A DNA stretch of 64,000 bases from Geosiphon pyriformis uo1 (Eukaryota; Fungi; Glomeromycota): positions 76,389 through 140,388 of the forward strand of contig JAAOMT010000439.1 in assembly GCA_016748015.1 (NCBI GenBank), in the 5' to 3' direction. Under the pieces are notes generated by a model that saw only the letters and a program-made list of their open reading frames with translations, was not told where the DNA came from and made no database searches. Of the stretch, positions 11,701 through 24,777 are shown piece by piece. The first letter of the stretch is position 1; each line of letters starts with the position of its first letter. The position numbers and the translations under genes were made by a program.

Positions 11701-13429
11701 CATCCCAGTCATAAGGCTTAGGAATCATAGACACCCAAGCCCTCTTTCACAAAACAGGCACCACACCATCTGACAAACATTTATTAAACAGCGTCAGCAG
11801 GCACCCCAAAACTACCTCACCACCATGTTTCCATAATTCATTAGGAACACCAGACAAACCAGCAGTCTTGCCATCAGGAAGACCACCAACAACAGAAAGT
11901 AACTCGCCCATACTGATTGCACTCATAACACCTAAAAAAGCATCATCCCTAACATAGTCCAAAGGCGCGTACTGACGAGCCCAAAGATCAGAAAGCACTG
12001 ACTGTACAGAGCGTTTCCTCATCCACCCCTCCATTATTCCATTTACACTGGACTTCACCTCTTCAGGCAACAAAACCAGATTATCATCAACTATCAAGTG
12101 ATCTAACACAACCTTGTGAAAAGGCTTTTCCAACACACTCCTGATCATACTACCCTTATCCGAACAGAAATTATTCATGCACTTCTCAATCGCCTTCCTA
12201 ACCGAAGCTTCCTCAGCCAACTTTGACTCAAACATTTTCGATCTCCTGTAATCTCTACGAACCAATGACAAATGCCTAACAACAACATCAGATTTAACAC
12301 CCGAGCCAACCAAATCCTTGAAAGCACGAGCCTTCACGTCATCCAGAGTCGACCATTTACTCACAAGACAATCAGTGCCCAGCAAGTCACCAAAGCAAAA
12401 TTTCTTGACAATCTTGGCCACCAACAATTCCAGACCAAAAAACCTAGAAGAATGTTTGTTTCTCGAACACTTGAATTCACTAAACCAATGCCTCGAAAAT
12501 GTCACATCAGCAGAATCTACCACAGCTCTCACCAGAACTGCCCACATAGCATCCACATTACCACGTATTTCGGCACTAGAGAACACCTTACCCAAAGACA
12601 AAAGTTTAGCTGACGAGAGATCCTTAAACTTAGCCCATCCAACACAGTCAGCATTTCTGATTTTGAACTTCCAACGATCCTTATTTGCCTGCTTACACAA
12701 ACTGTTCAATTGTACATCTAGAAGCCCACCCAAACCGACTGAAACCACAACTGCCTTGTGATTAGTGTCAAAGAAATCCGAAACAGAGACAACTTGATGA
12801 CCAGCAACAGCAGAAGACAAATTACCACCAACAAAAATGTAATCAATTGTTTTCCCAACCCCTCTCGAATTGCTCCACGTATAAGAATTAGCCAAATGAT
12901 GACCAACAAATGAATTGACCAAACCCAAACTCAAACAAAACTTGAAACTAGCACTTCTACCAGATCCATTCTCATTAAGGTCCCCACCCAAGACAACAAA
13001 ATTACTGGAATTGACCGCCTTTGCAATAAGGGTGTTAACTTCAAAAGCCTGACCAAATCTAGCCCCAGAAGAGGCACCAGCATACAACCCCAAAACAGTA
13101 ACTGAGAGCTTGTCCTTAAACAGGAGCCGAACAGAAATAACCCGACCAGAAATCTCCTCCACCTTAGATACATGATGGGCCAAAGAAGTGTTCATAACAA
13201 TTGCAACCCCAGCACCCATGAAACCTTTATCCAAGCCAGAAGAAAATACTCGCATTCCATCAAACTTATCCTTTATCTACGGCCCAGAAGAGGACCTCAA
13301 CTTAGTCTCAGTGATAAAAGAAACCATATTTCCCGAGTTCACATGCCAACAAACAACATCCGCTTGTTTCGCAGGAACATTGATACCCCGAACATTGCAC
13401 GTAGCAAATTTCCAAACCAAACTACTCAT
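8744..13429 (-). pseudogene. LINE ORF2 (AP endonuclease, RT, RNase H, CCHC), about 1560 codons, 4 in-frame stops, no frameshift
   Basis: MSSLVWKFATCNVRGIN start, GGDLN, TIDYIF, QDMRKAYDSV, GLDQG, AFVDD, FTDGS, CLLCGEVEFSDHVFTC. Stops near 13278, 11747, 11589 and 8966, three of them at probable Trp codons. Confidence 0.92.
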
Positions 13430-15381
13430 TGAGATAGAGGAAAAGCCAACGAACCCGATCCAGAATGCAGATGATCCAATCTATCCAAGACCGAATGAAC
13501 TGAAGCCTCAAGAGCCATCATATTCAATTCCAAACCGCCAATCTTGGCAGTTAAAACCTTAGAACTGCTTGGACTGAAATCAACAACCGACCCACCAACA
13601 TTGGGAGAAGAAGAGGCAGACAACAACAACGTGCCATCTAACTCCAAACCCAGGTCCATATCTGAAACAACAGCAGTTGGAGACACCAAAGGAAGAGCTA
13701 AGGGAGAAGACGCCAATAGCACCAAGTCAACAAAACTTAACTTCTTTAAAATGAGTGAGACTTGGTCTGAGAGAATTTCCACGAAGCGTTCCAGCACAGC
13801 TAGGTGACCACCTAGATCAGCAGCACTAGACAAGGAGGAATCCATTGAGAAAGCCATCGAACCAGAGACCAAACTGACACCAGGAGCACCTGAAGAGACA
13901 ACGTGAAAGGGGGAACTGCCTGCCACTTGGGCCCACGTCTTCCCACCAAAAGAAACTGGACGAGCGACAGGAGCCGACTTCTTCTTATATATCCCAGCTA
14001 GACGAACCCGATCTTGCTCAGAAACCACCCTTCTTCTTCGAACACCAGAATACATACCCAAGGAACAATTGACCGAAACATGACCAAATTGTTTACAACG
14101 AGCACAACTGGCCAAAGAAAGACCAGCCCAACGCAAACTCACATTCCTGAAAACTGGAACGGTACCAATAGCAGCCAATTTGGATGCCTCATCACCAAAA
14201 CAAATTACAGCACATCTATCACAAACATATGAACTAGGGTTACGGCCGATATAACAAGTCTTCCCACCATATGATTCCAACAAATTGGAGAGGTCATGAG
14301 CATTAGTGCCAATTGGAAGAGTATAAAGTAAAGCCTGATGCTGATCCCTCAATACCCATGTTTGTTTATCAATATTTGCTTTTGCCACTCGGACCGAATC
14401 CTTTCCCATGAGCACAGACCATCTAGCTGCGACCAAATCAGCCATCTCAGAAGATTCATATTCTACCAGGGCCTTTTGCCAAAGACCAATAAGCTGCACT
14501 TTGATTGAAACAATCTTGCCAAACCTGGAGAACACTGCCTCAATTGCCGATTTGGAAAGATCCATTGGGATATCTTTGATGATCACCTTCCGATCTAAAT
14601 GGCTGTTTACTTTTCTTAGATCATCATTTACCAATATTTTTTCACTGATTGCCATTTCCCTCGCCTTAAACAAACTTTTTTCAGATGTAAATGATGATCT
14701 TATTATTCCAGGAAATTTTGAGGGAGTCGAAGCCCTCCCAAAACCATCAACCTGATAAAAAATTTTTTTCACACAAACCAACTTATCACCAGTAGTTTTG
14801 CCAGGAACGGCAGATAGCTCAATATCCAATGCAAACAATTTTGACGAAATAAAACTCCATTTCTCCGGAGCACGTGACCCGGCTGAAGGAAGGCGATTGG
14901 ACCCACAAAATTTTGAACTCGGAAGAGGCAGAGTGTCTTCACCATCACTTAGCACGTTGAAAGAGAGAGGTGGCGGCTTACTGTTCAGAACATAGGTGTG
15001 AGTACGTGTCTTCTTAGGCATGGCATCATTCATGTCGTCGTCCAAACCTGAAGCATCTGACTCTGTATAGCTAGTTTCCTCAGCGACAATGTTTTCCAAG
15101 TTATCCAAGTCTGAAATGCCACTTATGCTGTTCACTTCACTGTTGACCTCGCTAGCCCACGATCGCCCAATATTAGGTCCGTCACCACTTTCATCCATAA
15201 TGTTCGAAACACCAGCAGACGACTCCACCAAACCGTCAACTGCCACAGATTTCTTTGGCTTCTTATAGGACACACCGCGAGATTGAGGACCAACCGAATG
15301 CTTATTTTTGACACCAGACTGGGTCCCCAACCCAGCCGAAATGGATCCAGAACCACTAGCAGCAATGCCCACCGGTTCCAT
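13426..15381 (-). CDS. LINE ORF1 (RRM-like region, CCHC zinc knuckle, coiled-coil C-terminus), 651 aa from first ATG
   Basis: Open frame. RRM-like VIIKDIPMD...FSRFGKIVSI...ALVEY and knuckle CARCKQFGHVSVNC. Confidence 0.88.
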   Translation of the reverse strand: MEPVGIAASGSGSISAGLGTQSGVKNKHSVGPQSRGVSYKKPKKSVAVDGLVESSAGVSNIMDESGDGPNIGRSWASEVNSEVNSISGISDLDNLENIVAEETSYTESDASGLDDDMNDAMPKKTRTHTYVLNSKPPPLSFNVLSDGEDTLPLPSSKFCGSNRLPSAGSRAPEKWSFISSKLFALDIELSAVPGKTTGDKLVCVKKIFYQVDGFGRASTPSKFPGIIRSSFTSEKSLFKAREMAISEKILVNDDLRKVNSHLDRKVIIKDIPMDLSKSAIEAVFSRFGKIVSIKVQLIGLWQKALVEYESSEMADLVAARWSVLMGKDSVRVAKANIDKQTWVLRDQHQALLYTLPIGTNAHDLSNLLESYGGKTCYIGRNPSSYVCDRCAVICFGDEASKLAAIGTVPVFRNVSLRWAGLSLASCARCKQFGHVSVNCSLGMYSGVRRRRVVSEQDRVRLAGIYKKKSAPVARPVSFGGKTWAQVAGSSPFHVVSSGAPGVSLVSGSMAFSMDSSLSSAADLGGHLAVLERFVEILSDQVSLILKKLSFVDLVLLASSPLALPLVSPTAVVSDMDLGLELDGTLLLSASSSPNVGGSVVDFSPSSSKVLTAKIGGLELNMMALEASVHSVLDRLDHLHSGSGSLAFPLSQ

Positions 15382-15901
15382 AGCCACAAAAAGGGGAATG
15401 TCTAAAGAAATAACTGGAGAGAAGTGAAAGGGAAAGGGAAAAGGAAGGCTATTTCAATAACGACTCAAAGCTCTCGTTGTGACCAGGGGATCAACGAAAG
15501 ATAGAATTGTTGTTTTTATTTTATTTATTTTTTAAAATTAATAATTTTTTAAAAAAACAATTTAATTTTTAAATTAAGTAATATTATAATATAATTAAAA
15601 AAAATTATATGTTAAAATATAATTTAGTTAATTTTATAATTAATAATATTTAATTAAAATTTTATTATTAAATAATATAAGTAAATATTAATTTAAAACA
15701 GATTTAATAAATATATTATTGTTGTTATTACCTAAAATTAAAAAATTATTGTTTATAATCCAAAAAAACTGAATATTATAATTAATATTAATAATATAAA
15801 ACTAGTAAAAAAATTAAAAATATAAAAAAACTAAAGTTTAATTTTTAAAAAAATTTTTTTTTTAATATTTAAAAAAGTTTAATATCATACTACTATTTAA
15901 A

Positions 15902-16566
15902 NNNNNNNNNNNNNNNNNNNNNNNNNNNNNNNNNNNNNNNNNNNNNNNNNNNNNNNNNNNNNNNNNNNNNNNNNNNNNNNNNNNNNNNNNNNNNNNNNNN
16001 NNNNNNNNNNNNNNNNNNNNNNNNNNNNNNNNNNNNNNNNNNNNNNNNNNNNNNNNNNNNNNNNNNNNNNNNNNNNNNNNNNNNNNNNNNNNNNNNNNNN
16101 NNNNNNNNNNNNNNNNNNNNNNNNNNNNNNNNNNNNNNNNNNNNNNNNNNNNNNNNNNNNNNNNNNNNNNNNNNNNNNNNNNNNNNNNNNNNNNNNNNNN
16201 NNNNNNNNNNNNNNNNNNNNNNNNNNNNNNNNNNNNNNNNNNNNNNNNNNNNNNNNNNNNNNNNNNNNNNNNNNNNNNNNNNNNNNNNNNNNNNNNNNNN
16301 NNNNNNNNNNNNNNNNNNNNNNNNNNNNNNNNNNNNNNNNNNNNNNNNNNNNNNNNNNNNNNNNNNNNNNNNNNNNNNNNNNNNNNNNNNNNNNNNNNNN
16401 NNNNNNNNNNNNNNNNNNNNNNNNNNNNNNNNNNNNNNNNNNNNNNNNNNNNNNNNNNNNNNNNNNNNNNNNNNNNNNNNNNNNNNNNNNNNNNNNNNNN
16501 NNNNNNNNNNNNNNNNNNNNNNNNNNNNNNNNNNNNNNNNNNNNNNNNNNNNNNNNNNNNNNNNNN
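15902..16566. other. Assembly gap (N run); further gaps at about 36968-37658 and 40055-40076
   Basis: Runs of N. Confidence 0.99.
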
Positions 16567-16890
16567 ATGGAATCATTACCTTTGGCCAGTTGATCGTTGA
16601 AAAAAAAGTCTTTTTCCATTTGTGTCCCTATTTTTGTGTAATCCGTAGCAAAAAAGGCCACTCTTTTTTTCCAACGCGAAATCAACCTCTTTGGGCTCTG
16701 TCAACTGAAGAGATCTATAGATTCATTTGTGTGGGACTTATATCAACTCTGTTTCTTGATACTCCTTAAAAAAAGTCCGCACCCTGGTTTCCTTTTCTTT
16801 AGTTTTTAGTTGCACTCACTGCAGTTTTTTCGAAAATCGAAATTCAAGAAAAATTTCTTTGAATTCACTTTTTTAGCACAAAACGACAGA

Positions 16891-19800
16891 ATGAGCATTG
16901 GGGAACTTCTTGCAAACACTTTATCACCCGGTTAGTGCTTTGTACCTAATATACTTTGATTTAAGCTTTCAATCCTTTTTTTGAACTCGTTGATCAATAA
17001 GAAGCTAACAAATGAACTTTTACGTTCTCAACTTGATGATTTGCGTGCTGTTTTTTCATTTAATAGATCAACAAATTCGGGCTGACGCAGAAAAGCAATT
17101 AGACGCGGCCGCCGCTAGTGATTATGTAAGCTTTTAGAGCTAATATTATCTTCGGTTTCTATACTTGCTGCCAACGCGTCAATTTTATTTTTTATCACTT
17201 TCGACTAATCCAAATCTACTCGGTATTAGGCTACCTACGCGGTTCTATTATCTCAGGAACTTAGTAATGAACAAACTCAATCATTTATTCGAAACGCCGC
17301 TGGCCTGGCTTTGAAAAACTCATTAAGCTCAAATGTATTGATCATTCATATTATTGATTTACACATCAAATACGCAGTGCCCTCTTTCAATTAAGATTTT
17401 ACGATATCTTTAGGAGGGACAAAGAAAGTTAGAAATTTCACAAAGATGGCTAGCTATACCTGAAAACACCAGAGAAAATGTTAAACAAACGGTTAGCACA
17501 AATGGTCCTATCTATTTTATTTTTAAGAATTTCTTTTTACATCAAAGTTACCTTATAATTAGGTTTTTATGACGCTTGGATCTCCGGACTCTAGAGCCTC
17601 ATCTACAGCTGCGCAGGCATGCAACAGTATAATATTATATGTATGAATTTATAACACAGTGGATTAAATTTCTTTGTTTCTAACTTTTATCGCGAAGGTT
17701 GTTTCTGCGATTGGGGCTATTGAACTTCCTCAAGGACAATGGCTTGACCTCATGAAAAACTTATTGGATAACGTTACCAACACGGATAATACCCAGCTTA
17801 AGCAAGCCACATTGACTGCGATTGGTTACGTTTGTGAATCAATTGTAAGTTAAAACACATAATTTACATCCCTAAATTACAGCTGAAAAACTTGATGATT
17901 TCACATGAATATTTTCTTAGGAACACGAGATTCTCGCCGCGCAATCTGGTTCAATTCTTACTGCTGTTGTCCAGGGGGCTAGAAAAGAAGAACCAAGGTA
18001 AGATTCATCAAACTTTTTTGATTCATTTCAACATTTTAATTTTATCAATTGGTATATCTTCATCAAAAAAGTCAAGATGTTCGACGTGCAGCAATAACTG
18101 CCCTATATAATTCTTTAGAATTTATAAGGGATAACTTTGACAGAGAGGTAATAATTTTTTCAGAAGCTAATTGGTTTGTCAAATTTCTGGGGAAGATAAC
18201 CTATTATGATATTATTATATATAGGGAGAACGTAATTATATAATGCAGGTTGTATGTGAAGCTACGCAGAGTAGTGATGTAAACGTTCAAGTCGCAGCTT
18301 TCGAATGTTTAGTGCGGATCATGCAAATATATTACGATAAAATGCGATTCTACATGGAAAAGGCATTATTTGGGGTGTGTTTCACACGAAAATATTGTCT
18401 CATTTGCAGGGATATTCTCATTTCTTCAAACTGGAAGCTGAGATCTTTTAATTTTGCAGTTAACGGTGCTTGGGATGAAGCACGATGATGAACGTGTAGC
18501 TCTTCAGGCAGTAGAATTTTGGTCGACTGTTTGTGAGGAAGAGCTTGACTTGGCACAAGAGGCTTTAGAGGTAAATATCAGATTCAAAAATTAGTCTCAA
18601 TTTCCATCATTTGACTATAGTAAAAATTATTTTTTAATCCAACCTTCATCAGGCTGCTGAGACAGGTGATCAACCAGACCGTTTGAGTCATAATTTTGCA
18701 AAAGCAGCTCTTCCCGAAATTTTACCTGTTCTTTTATGGCTTCTCACGAAACAAGTACGTATTTCTATTAACAATTATTGCCGACGACATACATTCCAAT
18801 TCACTCTCCTCTCTTGACATAAAGGAGGAAGATGCAGATGAAGATGATTGGAATGTTTCAATGGCTGCTGGAACATGTTTATCTTTATTGGCACAATGCG
18901 TCGAAGATGCTGTTGTTGCCCCGGTCATTCCATTTGTGGAAAATCATATTCGTAGTCAAGAGTGGCGATATCGTGAGGCAGCAGTAATGGCTTTTGGCTC
19001 CATCCTAGAAGGGCCCGAACATAAAATGCTTGGAAATCTAGTAAACCAGGCCTTACCCGTTTTGATCGAGATGATGAAAGATCCTTCACCTCAAGTGAAA
19101 GATACCACTGCGTGGACTTTAGGCCGCGTGTCGGATCTGTTGATAGAATGTATTAAACCGGATGTTCATCTCCACCCCCTTATCGCTTCTCTTGTTTATG
19201 GGCTAAAAGATTCTCCACGAATTGTTTCAAACTGCTGCTGGGTAAGCTTATCATTTGCCACTTTTCCAAATTTAAGCACATTTTATATTTCAGAATATTC
19301 TCAAATGTGAAGCATTCTTCTCTTAGGCTATAATGAGCTTGTCCGATTCTTTTGGTAACAAAGATGGGACAGCATCTACTTATCCCCTTTCTCCCTACTT
19401 TGAGGGGATTATTACGGAACTTTTAGAAACAACAGAAAGGTAATTTTTCTCTTAACAACAACCATTAAGTTTTACCACAAACTACGGTATCAATCATTAT
19501 CATTGAGTTGATTCTTTGTACTATCATTTTATGATAGAGCTACCAACGAATCTAATTCGCGGACATCAGCGTATGAGTGCATTTCCAGCCTTGTAACCGG
19601 GGCCGCCTTGGTGACTATTATTTTATTTGAATATTATTTTAGGCTGTTTAACGTGTTTCAATTTTGCAATCATTTATTTATTTATTCATTCCCCATCAAG
19701 GATTGTTTTGCTACTATTCTCAAGTTAACTGTGACGATTCTTGATAGGCTTGATATATCTATTTCTCAGCAGGTAATGACAGGACTGGATAATATTTCTT

Positions 19801-21270
19801 TTATTAAAATCTTAATCGTTTGTACTCTTTTAGAATCAAATTCTAGGGCAAGATGAGCGCATTATCTATGCAGAACTTCAGTCCAACCTCTGCAGTGTTC
19901 TAACGGTAAGTACTTGATTTAAAACCTTAATGTTTCATTTAAATTCATTTTACCTTCAATTATACACCACATCTATTAGAGCATCATTCGCAAACTCAGG
20001 ACAGAAGTGGTACCATTTGCTGATAGAATAATGACAACGTTATTGTTGTTGTTTAACACCCAATCAAAACATTCGACTACTCTGGAAGATGGTTTCTTGG
20101 CTGTTGGGGCACTAACAACAGGTTGAGTCAGTCGTTTCATTATCCTATTTATTACTCTTCCTTTTTCTATGATGTTTATTTTAATACATTGAGTGTGATT
20201 TTTAGCTCTTGAGGCTGACTTCACTCGTTATCTCGAAGCTTTTGCTCCATTCCTTTACCACGCCCTTTCAAATCATGAAGAGCACCAACTTTGCAATATT
20301 GCTGTCGGACTAATTGGTGATATTTGTCGTGCCCTTCAAGACCAATCATTGCCTTATTGCGATACTTTCATGAATGTCTTATTACAAAATCTTCAAGTTC
20401 GTAAAATTATTTATTAATATACTAAGCTCTGGTTTTGTATTAATTGGTTAATCTCTTATTTTGGCGTTATTTTTATTAGAGCCCTGTCCTCCACCGTGAT
20501 GTAAAACCAGCAATACTTTCATGTTTCGGTGACATAGCTCTTGCTATCAGTGGCAGATTCGACGTTTATCTGGAAGTAGTAATGATGGTATTGGCCCAAG
20601 CAAGCAATATGCGCGCAGCAGATGTAAGTAATATTATTCCCGCATATATTTTGGTTCCATAAAATTCATTATCTCGGCTTTATTACTAGAATAATTACGA
20701 TATGATTGAGTATGTAAATTTCTTACGCGAAGGTATCCTTGAAGCCTATGTGGGTATTGTGCAAGGCTTAAAGACCGGAGAAAAAGGTAAGTGTTCGCTG
20801 GCGTGATTTCATGAATTACATACTTTCAATCTTCATTTCTTCTGCTTTTTTGTTAGTCGACGCACTTGCTCCTTATGTAAATCAAATATTTACGTTCTTG
20901 TCAATGACATATAATGACCCCGAAAGAGGCGAGTCACTTATCCGTGGAATGATTGGTCTGCTAGGGTAAGCAACTCGATCAAATTTTGAGTAATATCTCC
21001 GGGGTTATGCTATCATTAATTCAATATCATCTTTTATAAAGTGATTTAGCGGAAGCTTTCCAAGGAGGTCAAATCAAAACCGCTTTCCATCAAGAATGGG
21101 TCTCAGCTGTATTAAAGGAAGGCAGGACTAATCGCAACTTGCCCGGCTTAAGAGAAGTCACTCGATGGGCTAAAGAGGTTTGAATATTACATTTTTGATA
21201 TTTGTAATACACACAAGGCCTGATTTTTTATATATTTTTTCTTTAGATGGTCAAGAGGGCCAGCCAATGA
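16891..21270 (+). CDS. KAP95: Importin subunit beta-1 (karyopherin beta), about 23 exons
   Basis: Spliced translation gives [13 protein letters not shown]..., [102 protein letters not shown] and [15 protein letters not shown]. Ends ...MVKRASQ*. Confidence 0.96.
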
Positions 21271-22683
21271 AATTCGACGAATCATCATATGAACAATGAA
21301 CAACTCCCTCAATGAATGCTATGTCTATTTGACGAAGCATTTCTCTTTAAACTTCTTGCTTATTATCCTTAGGTCCTTCCTATCTTGAAATTTAATTTTC
21401 TAATGTCCCATTTTATACAGATCCCTTCTGAGGCCTTATTACGTCCCCTTATAAACTTTTTTATCTTCGACCCTTTTTAACCCCCCCCCCTTCCCTCCCC
21501 TTCCCCCCCCTTCCCCTCCCTCAGATACTGGCCCAAATCTTCTCTGCTGTACACACTATCATTTTACATTGACACTTTTCCTACATTCCTATTTTATATT
21601 CATAAATCCTTATCCCATTAGCCATTTCCTCTCATCCCTTTCTTTGATAATGTTGATCACAGACTATCGATTCACCTTATACACTTCTTTTATTATTGTT
21701 TCCCCTTTTTGTATTTTCCCCTAGTTGTTGAATCTTCTGCTTTTGAATTTTCCTTAAAATAAACCTTACCCCAATCACAAAAACGCGTTCCTCACCTCTG
21801 CGCAATTGCGCGAAAAATAAAAATTCCCAAGCAGGACCGCAAGATTCTCGCATTTCCCTTGTATACATATTTATGAATTTCGCCAATCATTTTCTCTGTA
21901 AATATTTTGTCAATATATTATACTATAATTTCTCTCACCGAAGCCAGAGTCGGTTGTTGTACTCTCTTCAACCTTTATCATCAGTATTTTCTAAAGTGCT
22001 TTCTCGCTTATAAAGCGATTCCAAAGCGCTCAAAATCCAATTAGATCATCCCCATTAACTTGATTCTGCATTATTTTGTAGCAACGGAATCATTAACAGG
22101 ATTAAGAACTATGAAATTTTCCAAATAGTAAAATTATTGGGTCGTAGGAGTCATCAAGGTAATCTTTCAATTAAAAGGCGGTGTAAGCCTTGGAAATATT
22201 TCAATACTTTTACTTTTTGATGCTTTAAGCCATTTATTATGTAGTATTGCATTCTTTAGTATAATTAAATTTGGCGTCACCATATTGAAAGGCTGATCGA
22301 CATTCCTGACACGTGATTACTGGATCTTTGATTTGACTAATAAAATCAAGCCTGAAGATCAACATAAATAGTTTTTGACCCTTTCAAAATTTAAAGAAAA
22401 TTGGTCCAAAGATCCCGTTATTAATCGCTCTTTTCTATATTACATCAGCGTAGTCGAACTTGCGGAGAAAAAGATTATGTCAAATGCCTTGCCTTGAAAA
22501 TGATCTATTTTAAATATTATAATTGTCAATTATCATTTTAATCTTAAGGACACTGAGTAATCTTTGCGCATACACCCAACTAATTTTGATAGGGCAAGAT
22601 TCTGAGAATTCTCTAGAAATGCTTCGTGGGGAAGTCATCTATTATTGACTAATTTTACACCTAATTAAGATTAATTTTGGGGT

Positions 22684-24187
22684 TTATACTTTTTCCAAGA
22701 TCACAGGCTCCTTGAATTCTCCTCGAGCTCCGCCAACTTTAGCTCCCGTGTCAAGTGAATCACTATGAAGTTCCAACAATTTTTGTACATCAAATTTAGG
22801 ACTTTTTAAGATCTTGACTTTTCGAATGAATACCTAAAGCAACACGATCACAAATCAGTTAGACAATCTGTGAGCCGTTGAATAGGCCAAAAATGCTTTG
22901 GCATAGAAGAATAACAAAATGATAAATCTCGATGTAAAAGTTGTATATATCTTACCGATTGTAAAGGATATATGCCTTGACATGCTTTTTCAATTTCACG
23001 ACCGATGACCTCGGGCACAAGTTTCAGCACCAACTCCTTTAAATCGACAGTCGATACTTGACTCGTCATGATTTCAAACATCTTCTTGCGGATTTGACGA
23101 ATTTGTGAGCTTTGTGCATATGTGGTTTTTTTTATTTGGTTTGGTCGTTTTTTTGTGAAGGCAATGGCAAAAAGGCGAAGCAAATATCCATCGGTAGTCT
23201 TTACGTCCACATGAGCTTCGATTAGAGACTAAAGAAATATGATTGAGTCTATATTTTTCGGAATATATTTAAACAATGATTTAAATAATATGCCTCCCTT
23301 TAACTTACTTGCCATTTTCGCACCAAAGACCGAAGCTTGTCCGAGGTAAAATCCATTCCGTGAAAGTTAGTAAGCAGGTTCTTACCTTGAACTTCATCAA
23401 CTCGAAGTTTGATCTTTCGGAAGTACTGTTGCTCATCTTTATTCAGGTCAGCCAATGAAGTCTCGAATACACGGCCTTTCAAGGCATCGTTGGCATTTTC
23501 TGGTCATAATAGGAAATTTGGAATAGAAGGACGAAGGTATATTGATAATACTTGAGCTGTTTGAAGCTATTATAAAGCAAATCATAATCCACTCGTACAA
23601 AATATACTTACTTAAACCTTGAGTACGGTTTACCAAGGTCTTTCCGACATTCCTCACTTCAAAGATTGAGGGAGCCTTCACGTCGTACCAGTCTTTACGA
23701 GTGAATGGATCGATGCTGTTTTTAATGTATCGAAATGAAAAATCAGTTTAGAGCAGTCATTTTGATTAATGTTCGATCAGGATGAAAGTCTATTTTTCGC
23801 CTTCATAAAATTAGGAATAAACGAAATAAATTTTTTCCCTCGAAATCTAGCTATTGATAGGCTTTTGTATCGGACGGCAAAAATTTTCAGGACAGGCTCC
23901 CAAAAAGTCGCTCAAAATTTAGAGCTTTATCTCTTTTAATAAAGGGAACTTACATTTTCTTCTTTAAACCCTTCTTTCCTTTACTAAGACGCTTATTCTA
24001 AGGCCCACAAAGCAACATATTAGTTTTTTAGAAGAAATCAATAGAAATAAACTGCAAAAAAGAGAATTTCTTTTACCTTGCCAACGGCTATTATTTATGA
24101 GGAAGTTGCAAACATAAAGTTTCAAAAAGAGCAATGTAAGGTTGGATGGACGAAATTCAAAATTGATATCTAAGGTCACCTACCCAT
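22684..24187 (-). CDS. RPS1: 40S ribosomal protein S1 (eS1/S3a), 7 exons
   Basis: ATG G (24187-24184), an 11-nt exon (24087-24077) giving MAVGK, then [58 protein letters not shown], ...[11 protein letters not shown]. Confidence 0.97.
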
Positions 24188-24777
24188 TTTGAAGCTCTAC
24201 AGTAATGAAAAAGAGCAACACAGAAAGAATCTCCTTTGAAGAGATCAAAAAATTTTATTATACACTATGACGTCATCAATATAAATTTTTATTGGCCTGA
24301 AACTCGGGACTGGTGTTCCCACCATGAAGCAGGATCACCCAAGATTTTAGGAATCCAATCATCATTATGATAACCGAACATGTGAGGTGAGACTCCCACG
24401 TGTCGATCTCGGACCACAATTCTGGTAATGCCGAGAAATTTGTTCATTCGAACCACTTATAAAGCACCACAACTTAAATTTTTCACAGCCATTTGCTAAG
24501 TAAATCAGTTAACTTTGTACGTCTTTTCCGCTTTTACTTTAGTATATTGGGAAAAATTCGATGATAAATGTCACTTGAAAAGAACGAGGCATTCAACCTA
24601 TCCCTTTTTAGTTAACATAACTATAACAGTTGAGAAATTTAGTGACAATTTTTTGACCAAATATTTTCTTTCTAAAATATTACCTTTATATTTCTCTTTT
24701 GAAATCTCAAGAAAATCATCCATAAACTGTAACTATATTAGTTAGACGTTGACGCGTCTTCTGTATTGATTGTCAAA
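24188..24777. promoter_or_regulatory. Divergent promoter region RPS1 / lunapark with CRE palindrome ATGACGTCAT (24267-24276), reverse CCAAT (24291-24295) and CACGTG
   Basis: The head-to-head starts are 590 bp apart and the motifs are seen directly. Function is inferred. Confidence 0.5.

Larger units (their letters stand above)
8620..15512 (-). mobile_element. Young full-length LINE (non-LTR retrotransposon) with RNase H, about 6.9 kb
   Basis: ORF1 plus ORF2 (APE-RT-RNase H-CCHC). CpG-rich relative to its flanks. Bounded by the identical 18-mer TTTTTATTTTATTTATTT at 8602-8619 and 15513-15530. Confidence 0.95.

Noticed and set aside
8744-13429. Stop-codon reassignment or readthrough suggested by in-frame TAG/TGA at Trp positions
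   Set aside because: Host genes use the standard code and end in TGA/TAA. The stops are explained by G>A transitions.
9185-15389. Many antisense and alternate-frame ORFs over the young LINE
   Set aside because: They are shadows of a GT-rich sense coding strand, with no recognisable motifs.
23717-23954. Possible box C/D snoRNA in the longest RPS1 intron (ATGAAG...CTGA...ATGACT...CTGA on the minus strand)
   Set aside because: The C box is non-consensus, the D box is very close to the 3' splice site, there is no terminal stem, and I could not identify an rRNA-complementary guide. A snoscan/Infernal search would be needed.
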